Positions 17,334 through 27,764 of a DNA stretch of 64,000 bases are shown one piece after another (the first letter of the stretch is position 1; each line of letters begins with the position of its first letter). The notes under the pieces are model-generated. The model was given only the letters and a program-made list of their open reading frames with translations. It made no database searches and had not been told where the DNA came from. A program made the translations under genes and the position numbers. Origin of the DNA: an uncultured Gammaproteobacteria bacterium (GTDB lineage: Bacteria > Patescibacteriota > Microgenomatia > Levybacterales > UBA12049); the NCBI GenBank assembly GCA_964521295.1, contig CAZFRF010000001.1, positions 463,865 through 527,864 on the forward strand. Direction: 5' to 3'.

Positions 17334-18291
17334 TATTGTCTTTAAGCAAATCCAACAATCTTCTTGTATCTAAAAATCTATCCTGACTTCCCATTACTAC
17401 TATAATAATTGTCTTATCTTTTTCTTTTTTTGAGGTTACCAGTACCTGTCCCGCTTCTTCAGTAAAACCAGTTTTTACTCCGTTCACTCCATCAACCCCA
17501 AGCAATTCATTTAGATTGCGAATCTCATAAGTATTTAACCCACTAGTATCACTAATAACTTTATATTTAGTATTTACGACTTCTGCGATTAAAGGACTCT
17601 TAACTGCAAAAGAAGCTAAACTAGCTAAATCAAAAGGGGTAGTATAATCCTCACTATCTGCGAGTCCAATAGAATCACCATAATGCGTATTTTTTAATTT
17701 AAAAACTTTAGCCTTATCATTCATTTTTTTAATAAATGCTTTTTCGCCACCAGGAAAATTTTCTGCCACAGCTAATGCAGCATCATTTGCTGAAGGCAAC
17801 ATCATTGCATACATTAAATTTTCAAAAGTCATCTGCTCATTAATTGAAAGTCCTAACGTTGAGCCCTCAACTCTTCCTGTTTTTACAACTAGTATCTCTT
17901 CTGGCTTAAAATGTTCTGCCGCTACGATGGAAGTCATAATTTTCGTAGTGGAAGCAGAGGAAAACCTGAGATCTTTATTTTTAGAATATAAAACTACTTT
18001 TGAATCAGCATCCATAATTATTGCCCCTGTAGCTGATATTTGAGGGTTAAATTTATTCTTAATAATTGGATAATAAAAATTATTGCTTGTTTTAAATGGT
18101 GGATTAAATAACTTATTACTTTCGTTCCAATATCTTAAGAATAAATTTGCACCAAAAACAAAAATAAATACAAAAAATAGAAACAAAGGAAGTATGAAAT
18201 ATACCTGAATTAAATCTTTATTTTGCAGAAAGCCTTTCATCAATTCTTTCCATATCTCGAGGAAACATACTTGCTTCCCTAATATTGGCAA
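17308..18291 (-). CDS. D-alanyl-D-alanine carboxypeptidase (PBP5/DacA-type serine peptidase)
   Basis: N-terminal TM. SxxK motif SASTTKIMT, SAND-like motif SANDAA, KTG motif VKTGFT. Confidence 0.75.
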   Translation of the reverse strand: MPILGKQVCFLEIWKELMKGFLQNKDLIQVYFILPLFLFFVFIFVFGANLFLRYWNESNKLFNPPFKTSNNFYYPIIKNKFNPQISATGAIIMDADSKVVLYSKNKDLRFSSASTTKIMTSIVAAEHFKPEEILVVKTGRVEGSTLGLSINEQMTFENLMYAMMLPSANDAALAVAENFPGGEKAFIKKMNDKAKVFKLKNTHYGDSIGLADSEDYTTPFDLASLASFAVKSPLIAEVVNTKYKVISDTSGLNTYEIRNLNELLGVDGVNGVKTGFTEEAGQVLVTSKKEKDKTIIIVVMGSQDRFLDTRRLLDLLKDNITYLSLHP

Positions 18292-19564
18292 GTCCTAGTA
18301 TTTGCATGGTCATTCTTTCTGCGCCAAATGCAAAACCACCCTCCGGAGGCACTCCATATCTAAATGCATCAAGAAAAAGCTTAATCTTTGCGGGATCCAT
18401 TTTCCACTCATCAACATGCTTCATTAACTGATCGAAATCATTAATTCTTCTTCCTCCCGATAGCCACTCAAGACCCTTGCATAAAAGATCCATACCTTCG
18501 TTATATTCAGGATCTTCTGGGTTTGGATAAACATAAAAAGGTTTTTTCTTAGTTGGATATCCATAAATAAAAACAAAATCAGATCCTGTTTCCGCTTTAA
18601 TAATCTCACAAATTTCTCTTTCATCTTCAGGATTTAGATCTTTTTCTCCTCTAACATCTCTGCCGCTATGCTCAAATATTTTCTCCTGCGCCTCTTTCAA
18701 GGACAAATATGGAGTCTTATCGATCATACTTGGCAAAGTAACATTATAAAGCTTAAGCTCTTTAGAACATTCTTTATTAAGTCTTTGTAGAATACTCCTG
18801 ACAACTTCTTCTGCCATATTTTTTACATCTTCCCATGTGTCAATAAATGCCATCTCTGCATCCAAAGAAACAACCTCTGTTAAGTGTCTAGTCGTGACTG
18901 ATGGTTCTGCTCTAAATATCTTATTAACTGAAAAAACTCTTTCAAATGCAGACATTACAATTTGCTTATAAAGCTGAGGACTCTGAGACAAATAGGCTTT
19001 CTTATCAAAATAATCAACCTTAAACACTTCTGCCCCTCCTTCAGCTACTGCAGGGGCGATACTTGGAGCTTGAAATTCGAAAAAATCTTGGCTTTTTAAA
19101 TACTCTCTAAATTGATCTATAACTACTTCTTGAATTTTAAATATAGCTTGCACTTTTGGATGTCTTAAGACTAAAGCCCTATTGTCTAAAAGAGTAGGTA
19201 ATTCTAATTTCAAATCTTCTCCACCCATATCAAAAGGGAGAGTATCAGCTTTAGCAATTATTTTTATTTCCGTAGCCTCAAGCTCTACAGATCCACTATC
19301 TAAATCTTTATTAACTGCGTTACCTGGTCTTTCGTTTACCTTACCAACTATCTCCACCACATATTCTGGTCTTAATTCTTGCGCTACGCTGTAAGCTCCT
19401 TCAGCAACATGTGAGTTCACAACAACTTGAATTACACCACTCCTATCTCTAATATCTAAAAAGATAAGTTTGCCATGATCACGTCTTATTCTAACCCAAC
19501 CTTTAATTAGAATTGATTCGCCGACATGATTTTTAGCAGCAATTGATAAAACTCTTGCTCTCAT
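18218..19564 (-). CDS. aspS: Aspartate--tRNA ligase, archaeal/eukaryal type (likely non-discriminating)
   Basis: N-terminal OB fold. Class II motifs QSPQLYKQ and FRAEPSVTTRHLTEVVSLDAEMAF closely match archaeal AspRS. 448 aa. Confidence 0.85.
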   Translation of the reverse strand: MRARVLSIAAKNHVGESILIKGWVRIRRDHGKLIFLDIRDRSGVIQVVVNSHVAEGAYSVAQELRPEYVVEIVGKVNERPGNAVNKDLDSGSVELEATEIKIIAKADTLPFDMGGEDLKLELPTLLDNRALVLRHPKVQAIFKIQEVVIDQFREYLKSQDFFEFQAPSIAPAVAEGGAEVFKVDYFDKKAYLSQSPQLYKQIVMSAFERVFSVNKIFRAEPSVTTRHLTEVVSLDAEMAFIDTWEDVKNMAEEVVRSILQRLNKECSKELKLYNVTLPSMIDKTPYLSLKEAQEKIFEHSGRDVRGEKDLNPEDEREICEIIKAETGSDFVFIYGYPTKKKPFYVYPNPEDPEYNEGMDLLCKGLEWLSGGRRINDFDQLMKHVDEWKMDPAKIKLFLDAFRYGVPPEGGFAFGAERMTMQILGLANIREASMFPRDMERIDERLSAK

Positions 19565-19613
19565 ATTCGTAAATCATATCATTTGGATATGAAGAAGACA
19601 AGCAATATTGATC

Positions 19614-21260
19614 TTAGGAAGACAAAATATCCCTAACAATTAATTGTAAATTCTTATTTCCATTCCACTCATTTAAGCTCAAATTGTAAGCAACTGAAAT
19701 AATATCGCCGATTCTTAGCGTGTTATCCTGTCCACCACCAAAATATATTGCCTCAAATACCTGACCTGAGGCAGACTTTAACCTTAACTTTATATGCCTA
19801 CCTTCTTTTCCTATTATTCTTAGATCCGAAATCTTAATTTCTTTTGTTAAAAAAAGTGGCTCTGGGTTTGCCATACCAAAAGGATATAAACTTAAAATAT
19901 CTGTATATAATTCTAAATTAATATTATTACTCGTAAGTTCTAAGTCAATATTAAGTATTCTTTCTAAATGATTTTTAGAAATAAGCTTCTCTGCTTTTTC
20001 ATAAAGCTTCTTTTCTAAAAGATCTAATTTATCTGTTTCAACAGTAAAACCAGCGGCCATAGGATGACCACCCAAATCTACCATCAAATCCGAAGCTTCT
20101 CTTAGAAATTCAATAATATTAAACCCTTGAACACTTCTAGCTGAGGCTTTGCTTAGCTTTTCTCCTTTTGAAATAACAATTGAAGGCAAATAGAATTCCT
20201 CAACCAATCTTCCAGCAACTAAACCAATTACTCCTTGCTGATAACTTTTGTCTGCTATAAAAATTAAATTTTTTAAAGCTTTTTCCTTAGCCCTTAATTT
20301 TGCATTCAACAAAATTTCTCCAGTTATCTCTTGTCTTTGTAAATTAGTTGTAGACAGTAAGCTGGCTAAGTCTTTCGCCCTTTTAGAACTTGTCGTACAT
20401 AAAAGCCTAAGTGAATCCATAGCAGAGGATAATCTTCCCATGGCATTAAGTCTTGGAGCTATTACATGACCAACCTGATATACATCTATTTTGTCGGTTT
20501 CAATACCGGCAACATTAAAGAGCTCTAAAAGCCCAACTCTTTTTGTCTTCTGCAGTCTTCTTATTCCTTTAGAAACAAAAACTCTATTTGCGTTTGTCAA
20601 AGGCACTAGATCTGCAATAGTAGCTAAAACGACTAGCTCTAGGTGACTATCTTCCTTTTCTATTTCTTCTTTTTTTAATTGCTTTGATAAAACATAAGCA
20701 ACCCCTGCCCCACAAAGCTTAGTAGTATGAACTATTGAATATGCTTTTGGTAATGATTTTGCAGCAACATGATGATCTGTAATAATAACTTCTATGTCTT
20801 TTTTATTTGCATAATCAACTGCGCCTGCTGCAACGATTCCATTATCAACAGTTATAATCAATTTTGTGTCAGGATTTTTTTGTAATACATTATCTATTCC
20901 AGCCTCAGACAAACCATAACCCTCGTCAAATCTGTTTGGAATATAAGGCAAAGCTCTTGCGCCAAGATTACTTAAGGTCTCCCATAAAATGGCACTACCA
21001 CAAATACCATCAACATCATAATCACCAAAAACAATTATCTGCTCTTTGTTTTGTATAGCTTTTTTAATCCTTTGAATAGATTTTTTTATTTCCTTTACAT
21101 CTAAATCAAGCGATTTTAAATTGATATTTGCAAATGTAGGATTTAAAAACTCTTCCTGCTCCTTTTTCGTTACTATTGACCTATTTTCTAAAAGAATTGT
21201 AAGTATTTGTTGATTAGTTAAATCCTTTTTTCCTTTATGAATTACGTTCCATTTTTTCAT
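19614..21260 (-). CDS. recJ: Single-stranded-DNA-specific exonuclease RecJ
   Basis: DHH motifs FGDYDVDGICG, ITDHHV, DHHA1-like GGHPMAAG. 548 aa. Confidence 0.85.
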   Translation of the reverse strand: MKKWNVIHKGKKDLTNQQILTILLENRSIVTKKEQEEFLNPTFANINLKSLDLDVKEIKKSIQRIKKAIQNKEQIIVFGDYDVDGICGSAILWETLSNLGARALPYIPNRFDEGYGLSEAGIDNVLQKNPDTKLIITVDNGIVAAGAVDYANKKDIEVIITDHHVAAKSLPKAYSIVHTTKLCGAGVAYVLSKQLKKEEIEKEDSHLELVVLATIADLVPLTNANRVFVSKGIRRLQKTKRVGLLELFNVAGIETDKIDVYQVGHVIAPRLNAMGRLSSAMDSLRLLCTTSSKRAKDLASLLSTTNLQRQEITGEILLNAKLRAKEKALKNLIFIADKSYQQGVIGLVAGRLVEEFYLPSIVISKGEKLSKASARSVQGFNIIEFLREASDLMVDLGGHPMAAGFTVETDKLDLLEKKLYEKAEKLISKNHLERILNIDLELTSNNINLELYTDILSLYPFGMANPEPLFLTKEIKISDLRIIGKEGRHIKLRLKSASGQVFEAIYFGGGQDNTLRIGDIISVAYNLSLNEWNGNKNLQLIVRDILSS

Positions 21261-21270
21261 TTATTTTTCT

Positions 21271-22659
21271 TTGCTATACTATAGCAAGATGGTAAATATT
21301 ATTCCACAAGAAATTATTGATATTTATAGAAAACTTGAATCAGCAAATTTTGAAGTTTATCTAGTTGGTGGCTCTGTTAGAAATTTAATGCTTAAAAGAG
21401 AAATTAAAGATTGGGATTTAACCACTAATGCCACCCCTGAAGAAATATTAAAACTATTCCCCAACGGATTTTATGATAACAAATTTGGCACAGTTGGTGT
21501 TCCATTTGCATTAGAAGGAAATCAAAAAATAGCCGAAATAACTACATATAGAACTGAATACGGCTTTTCAGATAAAAGACATCCTGAAGTTGTTGCTTGG
21601 GGAAAATCCATTGAAGAGGATTTGCAAAGAAGAGATTTTACTATAAATGCTATTGCATTAAAGCTGACTGAAAAAAATAATTCCTTTGAGCTCGTTGACC
21701 CATACGATGGGGAAAATGATCTAAAGAAAAAAATCATTAAAGCAGTAGGTGATGCGAATCTAAGATTTAAAGAAGACGCATTAAGACTTATTAGAGCAGT
21801 TAGAATTGCCACTGAACTAGGCTTTAAAATTGAGGCCAACACTTGGAAAAAAATAATAGAAGACGCATCTCTTATTGAAAATGTTTCTTTTGAAAGAATA
21901 ACAGCTGAACTTTTTAGAATCTTAAAATCAGAAAACGCCTATGATGGTATTATGCTCCTTTATACAAGCGGTCTTTTAAAGCATGTCTTACCAGAGCTTC
22001 TAGACGGAATTGGCGTTTCTCAAAAAAGACCCGGCAGGCACCATACGGAAGATGTATTTACTCATAATGTTTTATCATTAAAGTTTTGCCCATCCAATGA
22101 TCCTGTTGTGAAATTTGCAACCTTAATTCATGATGTGGGAAAGCCTAAGGTAATGTCTAAAGATAAAGATGGTCTAGTTATTTTCCATAACCATGAGGTG
22201 GAAGGCGCTAGAATTGCCAATGATATTTGCTTAAGACTTAAGCTCTCAAAAAAAGATAGAGAAAAAGTTATTAATCTAATTAGATGGCACATGTTTTCAG
22301 TTAATGAAAACTTAACAGAGTCCGCAATTCGCAGATTTATTAGACGAATTGGAGTAAGCAATGTTAAAGATATGATGGATTTAAGAGTTGGAGACCGACT
22401 CGGTGGAGGAACACAAACGGCTGAAAGCTGGAGACTTAAGCTTTTTAAAGAAAAAATAGAAAAAGAACTTAGTCCCGTTCCTTTTTCTATTAATGATTTA
22501 AAGATCGATGGAAATGATATAATGAATGTGTTACAGTTAAAACAAGGTCCCAAAGTTGGGGACATATTGCAAAAATTATTTGAAGAAGTGGATGAAGACT
22601 TGTCTAAAAATAACAAAGACTATCTCCTCAAACGAATAAAGGACCTCGCTAAAAACTAA
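21271..22659 (+). CDS. cca: CCA-adding tRNA nucleotidyltransferase with HD domain
   Basis: Pol-beta-type head (LVGGSVRNLML...DWDLTT). HD domain (HHTEDVFTHN, IHDVGKP). Confidence 0.8.
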   Translation: MLYYSKMVNIIPQEIIDIYRKLESANFEVYLVGGSVRNLMLKREIKDWDLTTNATPEEILKLFPNGFYDNKFGTVGVPFALEGNQKIAEITTYRTEYGFSDKRHPEVVAWGKSIEEDLQRRDFTINAIALKLTEKNNSFELVDPYDGENDLKKKIIKAVGDANLRFKEDALRLIRAVRIATELGFKIEANTWKKIIEDASLIENVSFERITAELFRILKSENAYDGIMLLYTSGLLKHVLPELLDGIGVSQKRPGRHHTEDVFTHNVLSLKFCPSNDPVVKFATLIHDVGKPKVMSKDKDGLVIFHNHEVEGARIANDICLRLKLSKKDREKVINLIRWHMFSVNENLTESAIRRFIRRIGVSNVKDMMDLRVGDRLGGGTQTAESWRLKLFKEKIEKELSPVPFSINDLKIDGNDIMNVLQLKQGPKVGDILQKLFEEVDEDLSKNNKDYLLKRIKDLAKN

Positions 22660-22669
22660 GATTTATTTT

Positions 22670-24427
22670 ATGGAAAACTCAATTCCTAAGAATCCGTTTA
22701 AGTTTGGTATTTATGGATCAAAAAAACATTTAAAATGGGTGATATTTGCCCTATCTTTCGTTGTGATTGCAACAGGTGTTGGTAGATCTACGGCTTTAAT
22801 TCTTAAAAACCTAACAGATTCACTATCACACCAACCAATAATATTTAACGACATCTGGTTTTGGGCTCTTGCCTATCCCTTAGTTGATTTTATTGCTGGA
22901 CTTTGCTGGAGAATGAGTGGATTTACGGGTATGCGTTGGTTTATGAATTTCAGATTCACCGCCTACGAATCTTTATACAAATATATAACCCTGCATAGTA
23001 AAGATTACTTCAACAGTAGATTTGCTGGAAGCTTAACAAATAAAATCAGCAATGCGGTTGATGGAACAGAAAGTATATTTGAAAATATTTTATGGCAGTT
23101 CATTCAATTATTTATTGGTATCTTTTGGTATATCATTTTTACAAGCTTAAGTAATCCAATCTTGGGACTAATTATTTTTGTCTGGTCAGTTATTTTTCTA
23201 TCAAGTAATTTTTTGTTTGCAAGAAAAATTCAACCTTTATCATATGCGTTTGCTAAATCTCTATCAACTCTCAAAGGTAGAATCGTTGACTCTTTATCAA
23301 ACATATCTTTAGTTCACGAAAGTGCATACCTGGAAGAAGAACGAAGCTATATTAAAGAATATATTGAGAAACAAAGAGAAAAAGGCTTATCAGAATGGCA
23401 ACTAAGTGAATGGATGTTGCTTACTAATAACATATTAATACTCATATTTATGGTTGCCATGATTGGCACATCTGTTTTTATGTTTCAACATGCAATTGTC
23501 TCAATTGGTGTTGTCATAATGGTAATAGCAATTACTGCAGATTTATCTGGTCAACTATTTTTTATTGGGCATGAAATTAAAAATTCTACAAAATATTTTG
23601 GTGAAGCGAAGGAAGGGTTAGAAGAAATTTTAAATAAACACTTAATTGTTGATAGTAAGGTCGCAAAGAAAGTTCATATTTTAAACGGTAATATTAAAAT
23701 TGAAAATATAGATTTTGAATACGATAATACAAAAGTTTTTGAAAACTTTTCATTAAATATTCCCCAGGGGCAAAAAGTAGGAATCGTTGGCAGAAGCGGA
23801 GCTGGAAAAACAACTTTTGTTTCCCTACTTCTAAGACACTTCGATCCACAAAAGGGCCAAATCAGTATTGATGGCTTTAATATTAAAGATATTAAATTAG
23901 AAAGTTTAAGAAGAGCAATCGCGTTTGTCCCACAGGATACTACCCTATTTCATAGAACGATTTTAGAAAATATTAAATACAGTAATCCCGATGCCTACGA
24001 AAAAGATATTAAAGAAGCTGCAAAACTAGCTCAAGCAGATAAATTTATTCAACAACTTCCTGAAAAATATGCCACAATTGTTGGCGAAAGAGGCGTTAAA
24101 TTATCTGGAGGACAAAGGCAAAGAATTGCTATTGCCAGAGCATTCTTAAAAAAATCACCTATTCTTATTCTAGATGAAGCAACCAGCAGCTTAGACAGTG
24201 AGAGCGAACAAGCAATTCAAAATGCTTTAGAAGAGCTGATGCATGATAAAACAGTCATTGCAGTTGCTCATAGATTATCTACCTTAAAGAGCATGGATAG
24301 AATAATAATTATCGAAAATGGCAAAATAATAGAAGATGGAGCTCCAGAAGAATTATTAAAAAATAAAAATGGGGTATTTAAAAAAATGTGGGATAAACAA
24401 ATCAAAGGTTTCATAGCCGATGAATAA
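22670..24427 (+). CDS. ABC exporter, fused permease/ATPase (MsbA-like)
   Basis: 6 TM N-domain. Walker A GRSGAGKTT, signature LSGGQRQRIAIARA, Walker B ILILDEATS. Confidence 0.85.
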   Translation: MENSIPKNPFKFGIYGSKKHLKWVIFALSFVVIATGVGRSTALILKNLTDSLSHQPIIFNDIWFWALAYPLVDFIAGLCWRMSGFTGMRWFMNFRFTAYESLYKYITLHSKDYFNSRFAGSLTNKISNAVDGTESIFENILWQFIQLFIGIFWYIIFTSLSNPILGLIIFVWSVIFLSSNFLFARKIQPLSYAFAKSLSTLKGRIVDSLSNISLVHESAYLEEERSYIKEYIEKQREKGLSEWQLSEWMLLTNNILILIFMVAMIGTSVFMFQHAIVSIGVVIMVIAITADLSGQLFFIGHEIKNSTKYFGEAKEGLEEILNKHLIVDSKVAKKVHILNGNIKIENIDFEYDNTKVFENFSLNIPQGQKVGIVGRSGAGKTTFVSLLLRHFDPQKGQISIDGFNIKDIKLESLRRAIAFVPQDTTLFHRTILENIKYSNPDAYEKDIKEAAKLAQADKFIQQLPEKYATIVGERGVKLSGGQRQRIAIARAFLKKSPILILDEATSSLDSESEQAIQNALEELMHDKTVIAVAHRLSTLKSMDRIIIIENGKIIEDGAPEELLKNKNGVFKKMWDKQIKGFIADE

Positions 24428-24447
24428 TTTTATGCTATAATCCATTT

Positions 24448-24900
24448 ATGACTAAGGTTGACTTACAATCAGAATTAAAAAATTCAATGCTTGCCAAGAA
24501 CGAGGTAAAAACTTCAGTTTTAAGAATGCTTTTATCAGCAATTAACTATTATGAAATTCAAAAAGGTGGAGCGGGATATGAAGCAACTGAGGAGGATGTT
24601 ATGAATGTCATTGGCGCACAAGCAAAACAAAGAAAAGATTCTATAACAGAATATGAGAAGGCTAATCGACCAGAACTTGTAGTAAAAGAGACTAAAGAAC
24701 TAGAGATACTTCAAGTTTTCCTACCGGCTCAAATGACAGAGGATGAAGTAAAAACTCTTGTTCGGGAAGCTATTTCAGAAACTGGATCACAGACCATGGC
24801 AGATATGGGAAAAGTTATGGCAGCGCTTATGCCAAAAGTAAAAGGAAAAGCAGATGGTGGAATGGTGAGTAACTTAGTAAAACAATTACTTACTTCTTAA
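24448..24900 (+). CDS. GatB/YqeY-domain protein
   Basis: 150 aa. LKNSMLAKNEVKTSVLRMLLSAINYYEIQKG is typical of the YqeY N-terminus. Confidence 0.7.
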   Translation: MTKVDLQSELKNSMLAKNEVKTSVLRMLLSAINYYEIQKGGAGYEATEEDVMNVIGAQAKQRKDSITEYEKANRPELVVKETKELEILQVFLPAQMTEDEVKTLVREAISETGSQTMADMGKVMAALMPKVKGKADGGMVSNLVKQLLTS

Positions 24901-25794
24901 TCTTTTATTAGTAAATTCTTGCCAGACAACCAAAAGTGGAGCTGCATTAAAAATAGATGAAAAAGTACCTGAAACTATTCCAATCAAAAGCGCAACTACA
25001 AACCATCTAATACTATCCCCTCCAAAAAGAAGAAGAGCTAGTAAAACTAAAACAACTGTTAAGGATGTATTCAATGATCTATCAAGTGTTTGTAAAATAG
25101 AATCATTAACTATCTTTTCAAATGATTCTCCTCCAAATCTCTTCAAATTCTCTCTGATCCTATCAAAAACAACAATTGTGTCATGAACCGAAAAGCCAAT
25201 AACAGTTAAAACAGCAGTAACAAACAAACTGTCTATTTCTACATTAAAAAAGTGTCCCAAGATTGAAAAAACCCCTATTAAAACTAACACATCATGAACT
25301 AAAGCCAAAATTGCACTTATACCAAATTTAAAACTACTGGCTGGTTTTGGAACTTTTCTAAATGACCAGGTAATATATAAAACAATTAAACCTGATGCCA
25401 CCAGCATACCCTTTAACGCATTTAGAGTTGTTTCTATACCAATAACCGGACCTACTGTTTCAAATTGTGTTTGTCTAAAATCGGAATATTTAGATTTTAG
25501 ACTCGTTATTATACGTGAATCTTTATTTTGATCTAAAGGCTTACTTCTAATAAAAATGGTATTTTTAGTTGTCTCTATTTGCTGAATATGAATGTTTTCT
25601 TTTTGAAATGCTGCCTCTACAGTTTTAATATGATTTTGCTCTACGGTTTGATTGAAGGAAAATGTCAATCTACTTCCTCCGGTAAAATCGATTGACATAT
25701 TGAGGCCAAACAAAATTAAAGAAATAATTCCAGGAATAATAACTATTCCCGAGATTAAAAAGTAAATATATTTTTTCTTACCTAAAATATTCAT
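24886..25794 (-). CDS. secF: Protein translocase subunit SecF
   Basis: 6 TM. SecD/SecF family motifs (VHDVLVLIGVFS, FDRIRENL). Immediately follows secD. Confidence 0.85.
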   Translation of the reverse strand: MNILGKKKYIYFLISGIVIIPGIISLILFGLNMSIDFTGGSRLTFSFNQTVEQNHIKTVEAAFQKENIHIQQIETTKNTIFIRSKPLDQNKDSRIITSLKSKYSDFRQTQFETVGPVIGIETTLNALKGMLVASGLIVLYITWSFRKVPKPASSFKFGISAILALVHDVLVLIGVFSILGHFFNVEIDSLFVTAVLTVIGFSVHDTIVVFDRIRENLKRFGGESFEKIVNDSILQTLDRSLNTSLTVVLVLLALLLFGGDSIRWFVVALLIGIVSGTFSSIFNAAPLLVVWQEFTNKRLRSK

Positions 25795-25795
25795 C

Positions 25796-27124
25796 TTATT
25801 TATATACTGCTCTTAAAAACGTTCTGGTCACTACGATTGCACTAAACATTGAAACCAAAACACCAATCGCAAGCACTAACGCAAATCCCTTAACAATTCC
25901 TGTCCCAAAACTATATAATACAAAACTCGTAATTAAAGTGGAAATATTAGAATCCCTAATTGAAGTCCAAGCTCTAGAAAAACCTAACTCAATTGCCATA
26001 GATTTTGACTTACCAGACCTTAATTCCTCTTTCATTCTCTCAAAAATTAAAATATTTGCATCAACCGCCATTCCAATTGAAAGAATAAAACCAGCAATAC
26101 CAGAAAGTGTCAAGGTAATTCCAAAAGGAGAAATAGAACTTAATTTAAAAATTGCTAAATTGAAAATTGCATATAAAAGCAAGGCCAGAGAAGCAACTAC
26201 GCCAAGTCTGCCATACAAAACACACATGAAGATTACGATAATTACAAAGCCCAAAATTCCGGCAAACAAACTCTTCTCAAGCGAGGAAGTTCCTAAAGTT
26301 GGAGCAATTATACTGCTGGAAAGAATTTTTAAAGGAACCGGTAGAGCACCAGCATTTAGTTGGGTACTCAACTGATTAGCTGTTGCTGTCGTAAAACCAC
26401 CCGAAATAACAGCGTCCCCTGTTAAAATTGCTTGATTAACAACTGGACTTTCGATTATTTGATTATCTAACACAATGGCTAAGGGCTTATTAATGTTTCT
26501 CTTAGTAATGTCTGCAAATTTTTTTGCACCATCAGAAGTAAATTGTAGCTGAACTTGAGGCTTACCCGTATTCTGATCAAAACTTACTGATGTTTGCTTT
26601 ATATCAGCTCCCGTTAAATTTGTTTGTTTAAATCCAAGCTGAGCGGCACCCGAAGCATCTAAATTCGCAGATGTTGATGCGACTTGTTCCCAAAAAGTAA
26701 GCTGCGCAGTTGTTCCGATTAAACTCTTGACTTGCTCAATATCTGTAATTCCTGGAAGCTCAACGATAATTCTATAATCCGAACCCGAAATTGCAGTTTG
26801 CACCAAAGGCTCTGAAACCCCAAACAAATTAACGCGTTTATCGATAACAATCTTTGCGCTGTCTAGCGCTGCAGTTTTCTGAGATGAAGAAATCTTAGAC
26901 ATATCAGCTTGAAGTACCAAGCTTGTTCCGCCTTCTAAATCCAGACCTTTTCTAAAATCTAACTTCTTATCTACTCCAAACTTTTGAAAAATAAAACCTG
27001 GATCAAAGCTAATGGTTTTATTTAGAGGTTTAATTTTAAAATCTTTGAACGAGGGAAGATTAATAAATAAAGATAAAATGGTTAGGACAATAATTGTCCA
27101 AAATAAATATCTTGGATTTTTCAT
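25796..27124 (-). CDS. secD: Protein translocase subunit SecD
   Basis: N-terminal TM, large periplasmic domain (LGLDLEGGTSLVLQAD), C-terminal 5-TM bundle. Confidence 0.85.
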   Translation of the reverse strand: MKNPRYLFWTIIVLTILSLFINLPSFKDFKIKPLNKTISFDPGFIFQKFGVDKKLDFRKGLDLEGGTSLVLQADMSKISSSQKTAALDSAKIVIDKRVNLFGVSEPLVQTAISGSDYRIIVELPGITDIEQVKSLIGTTAQLTFWEQVASTSANLDASGAAQLGFKQTNLTGADIKQTSVSFDQNTGKPQVQLQFTSDGAKKFADITKRNINKPLAIVLDNQIIESPVVNQAILTGDAVISGGFTTATANQLSTQLNAGALPVPLKILSSSIIAPTLGTSSLEKSLFAGILGFVIIVIFMCVLYGRLGVVASLALLLYAIFNLAIFKLSSISPFGITLTLSGIAGFILSIGMAVDANILIFERMKEELRSGKSKSMAIELGFSRAWTSIRDSNISTLITSFVLYSFGTGIVKGFALVLAIGVLVSMFSAIVVTRTFLRAVYK

Positions 27125-27696
27125 GACAACATGCTTTCTTCATCGCCAACAAGCATTACCCTAGATCCTGACAAAATGGCAGTGATGAATGGATCTCTTT
27201 TTTTCTTTCTGAAATCAAATTCATCCTCAGTCATAACTGTATAGTTAATTTCAGTTGTGAGCCTTTTTTCTTCTTCACGAACCAAAAGCGCTAATTCTGG
27301 CAACACCACAGTACCGACAATAAGCAAATCTACTTCATCTGGCTGTTCCTTAATTCCTCTTAAAAATCTACCAGAAAACATAGCGTATTTTATTTTACCT
27401 AGCTTTACTTTATTCTCTAAAATTTTTCCACCCAAACCAATATTCTTAGACCCAATTCTAAGGAGATCAAAATAAAATGGGTAATTTTTGGACATAGAAT
27501 AATAGACTCTATTTGCTCTTGGCTCTCTAGAGAGAATTCCTTTTTGCTCTAAAAATGAGAGCTCTCTTCTTACAGCATTTATCTCATCTTTAGTGCGTCT
27601 CACTAATTCTCTTACGTGGAACATATCATTTGGATTAGCCAAAAAAACATTAAGAAGTTTTACCCTAGATTTTGATGTAATAAGATCTGAAAACAT
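27121..27696 (-). CDS. Winged-helix DNA-binding protein with C-terminal minimal nucleotidyltransferase-like domain
   Basis: wHTH (HVRELVRRTKDEINAVRRELSFLEQKGIL). C-terminal MFSGRF...PDEVDLLIVG resembles the GS...DxDLL minimal-NTase motif. 4-nt overlap with secD. Confidence 0.45.
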   Translation of the reverse strand: MFSDLITSKSRVKLLNVFLANPNDMFHVRELVRRTKDEINAVRRELSFLEQKGILSREPRANRVYYSMSKNYPFYFDLLRIGSKNIGLGGKILENKVKLGKIKYAMFSGRFLRGIKEQPDEVDLLIVGTVVLPELALLVREEEKRLTTEINYTVMTEDEFDFRKKKRDPFITAILSGSRVMLVGDEESMLS

Positions 27697-27764
27697 AATT
27701 TGTTCTTTTTATTTCTGAACATAAATATACAACTATGATGAGCAATCTGCAAGTATTAATTGCG

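Noticed and set aside
18424-22616. Short antisense ORFs inside aspS, recJ and cca (18424-18624, 19182-19394, 20248-20469, 20864-21058, 21522-21842, 22128-22616)
   Set aside because: Each is internal and antisense to a strongly supported housekeeping gene.
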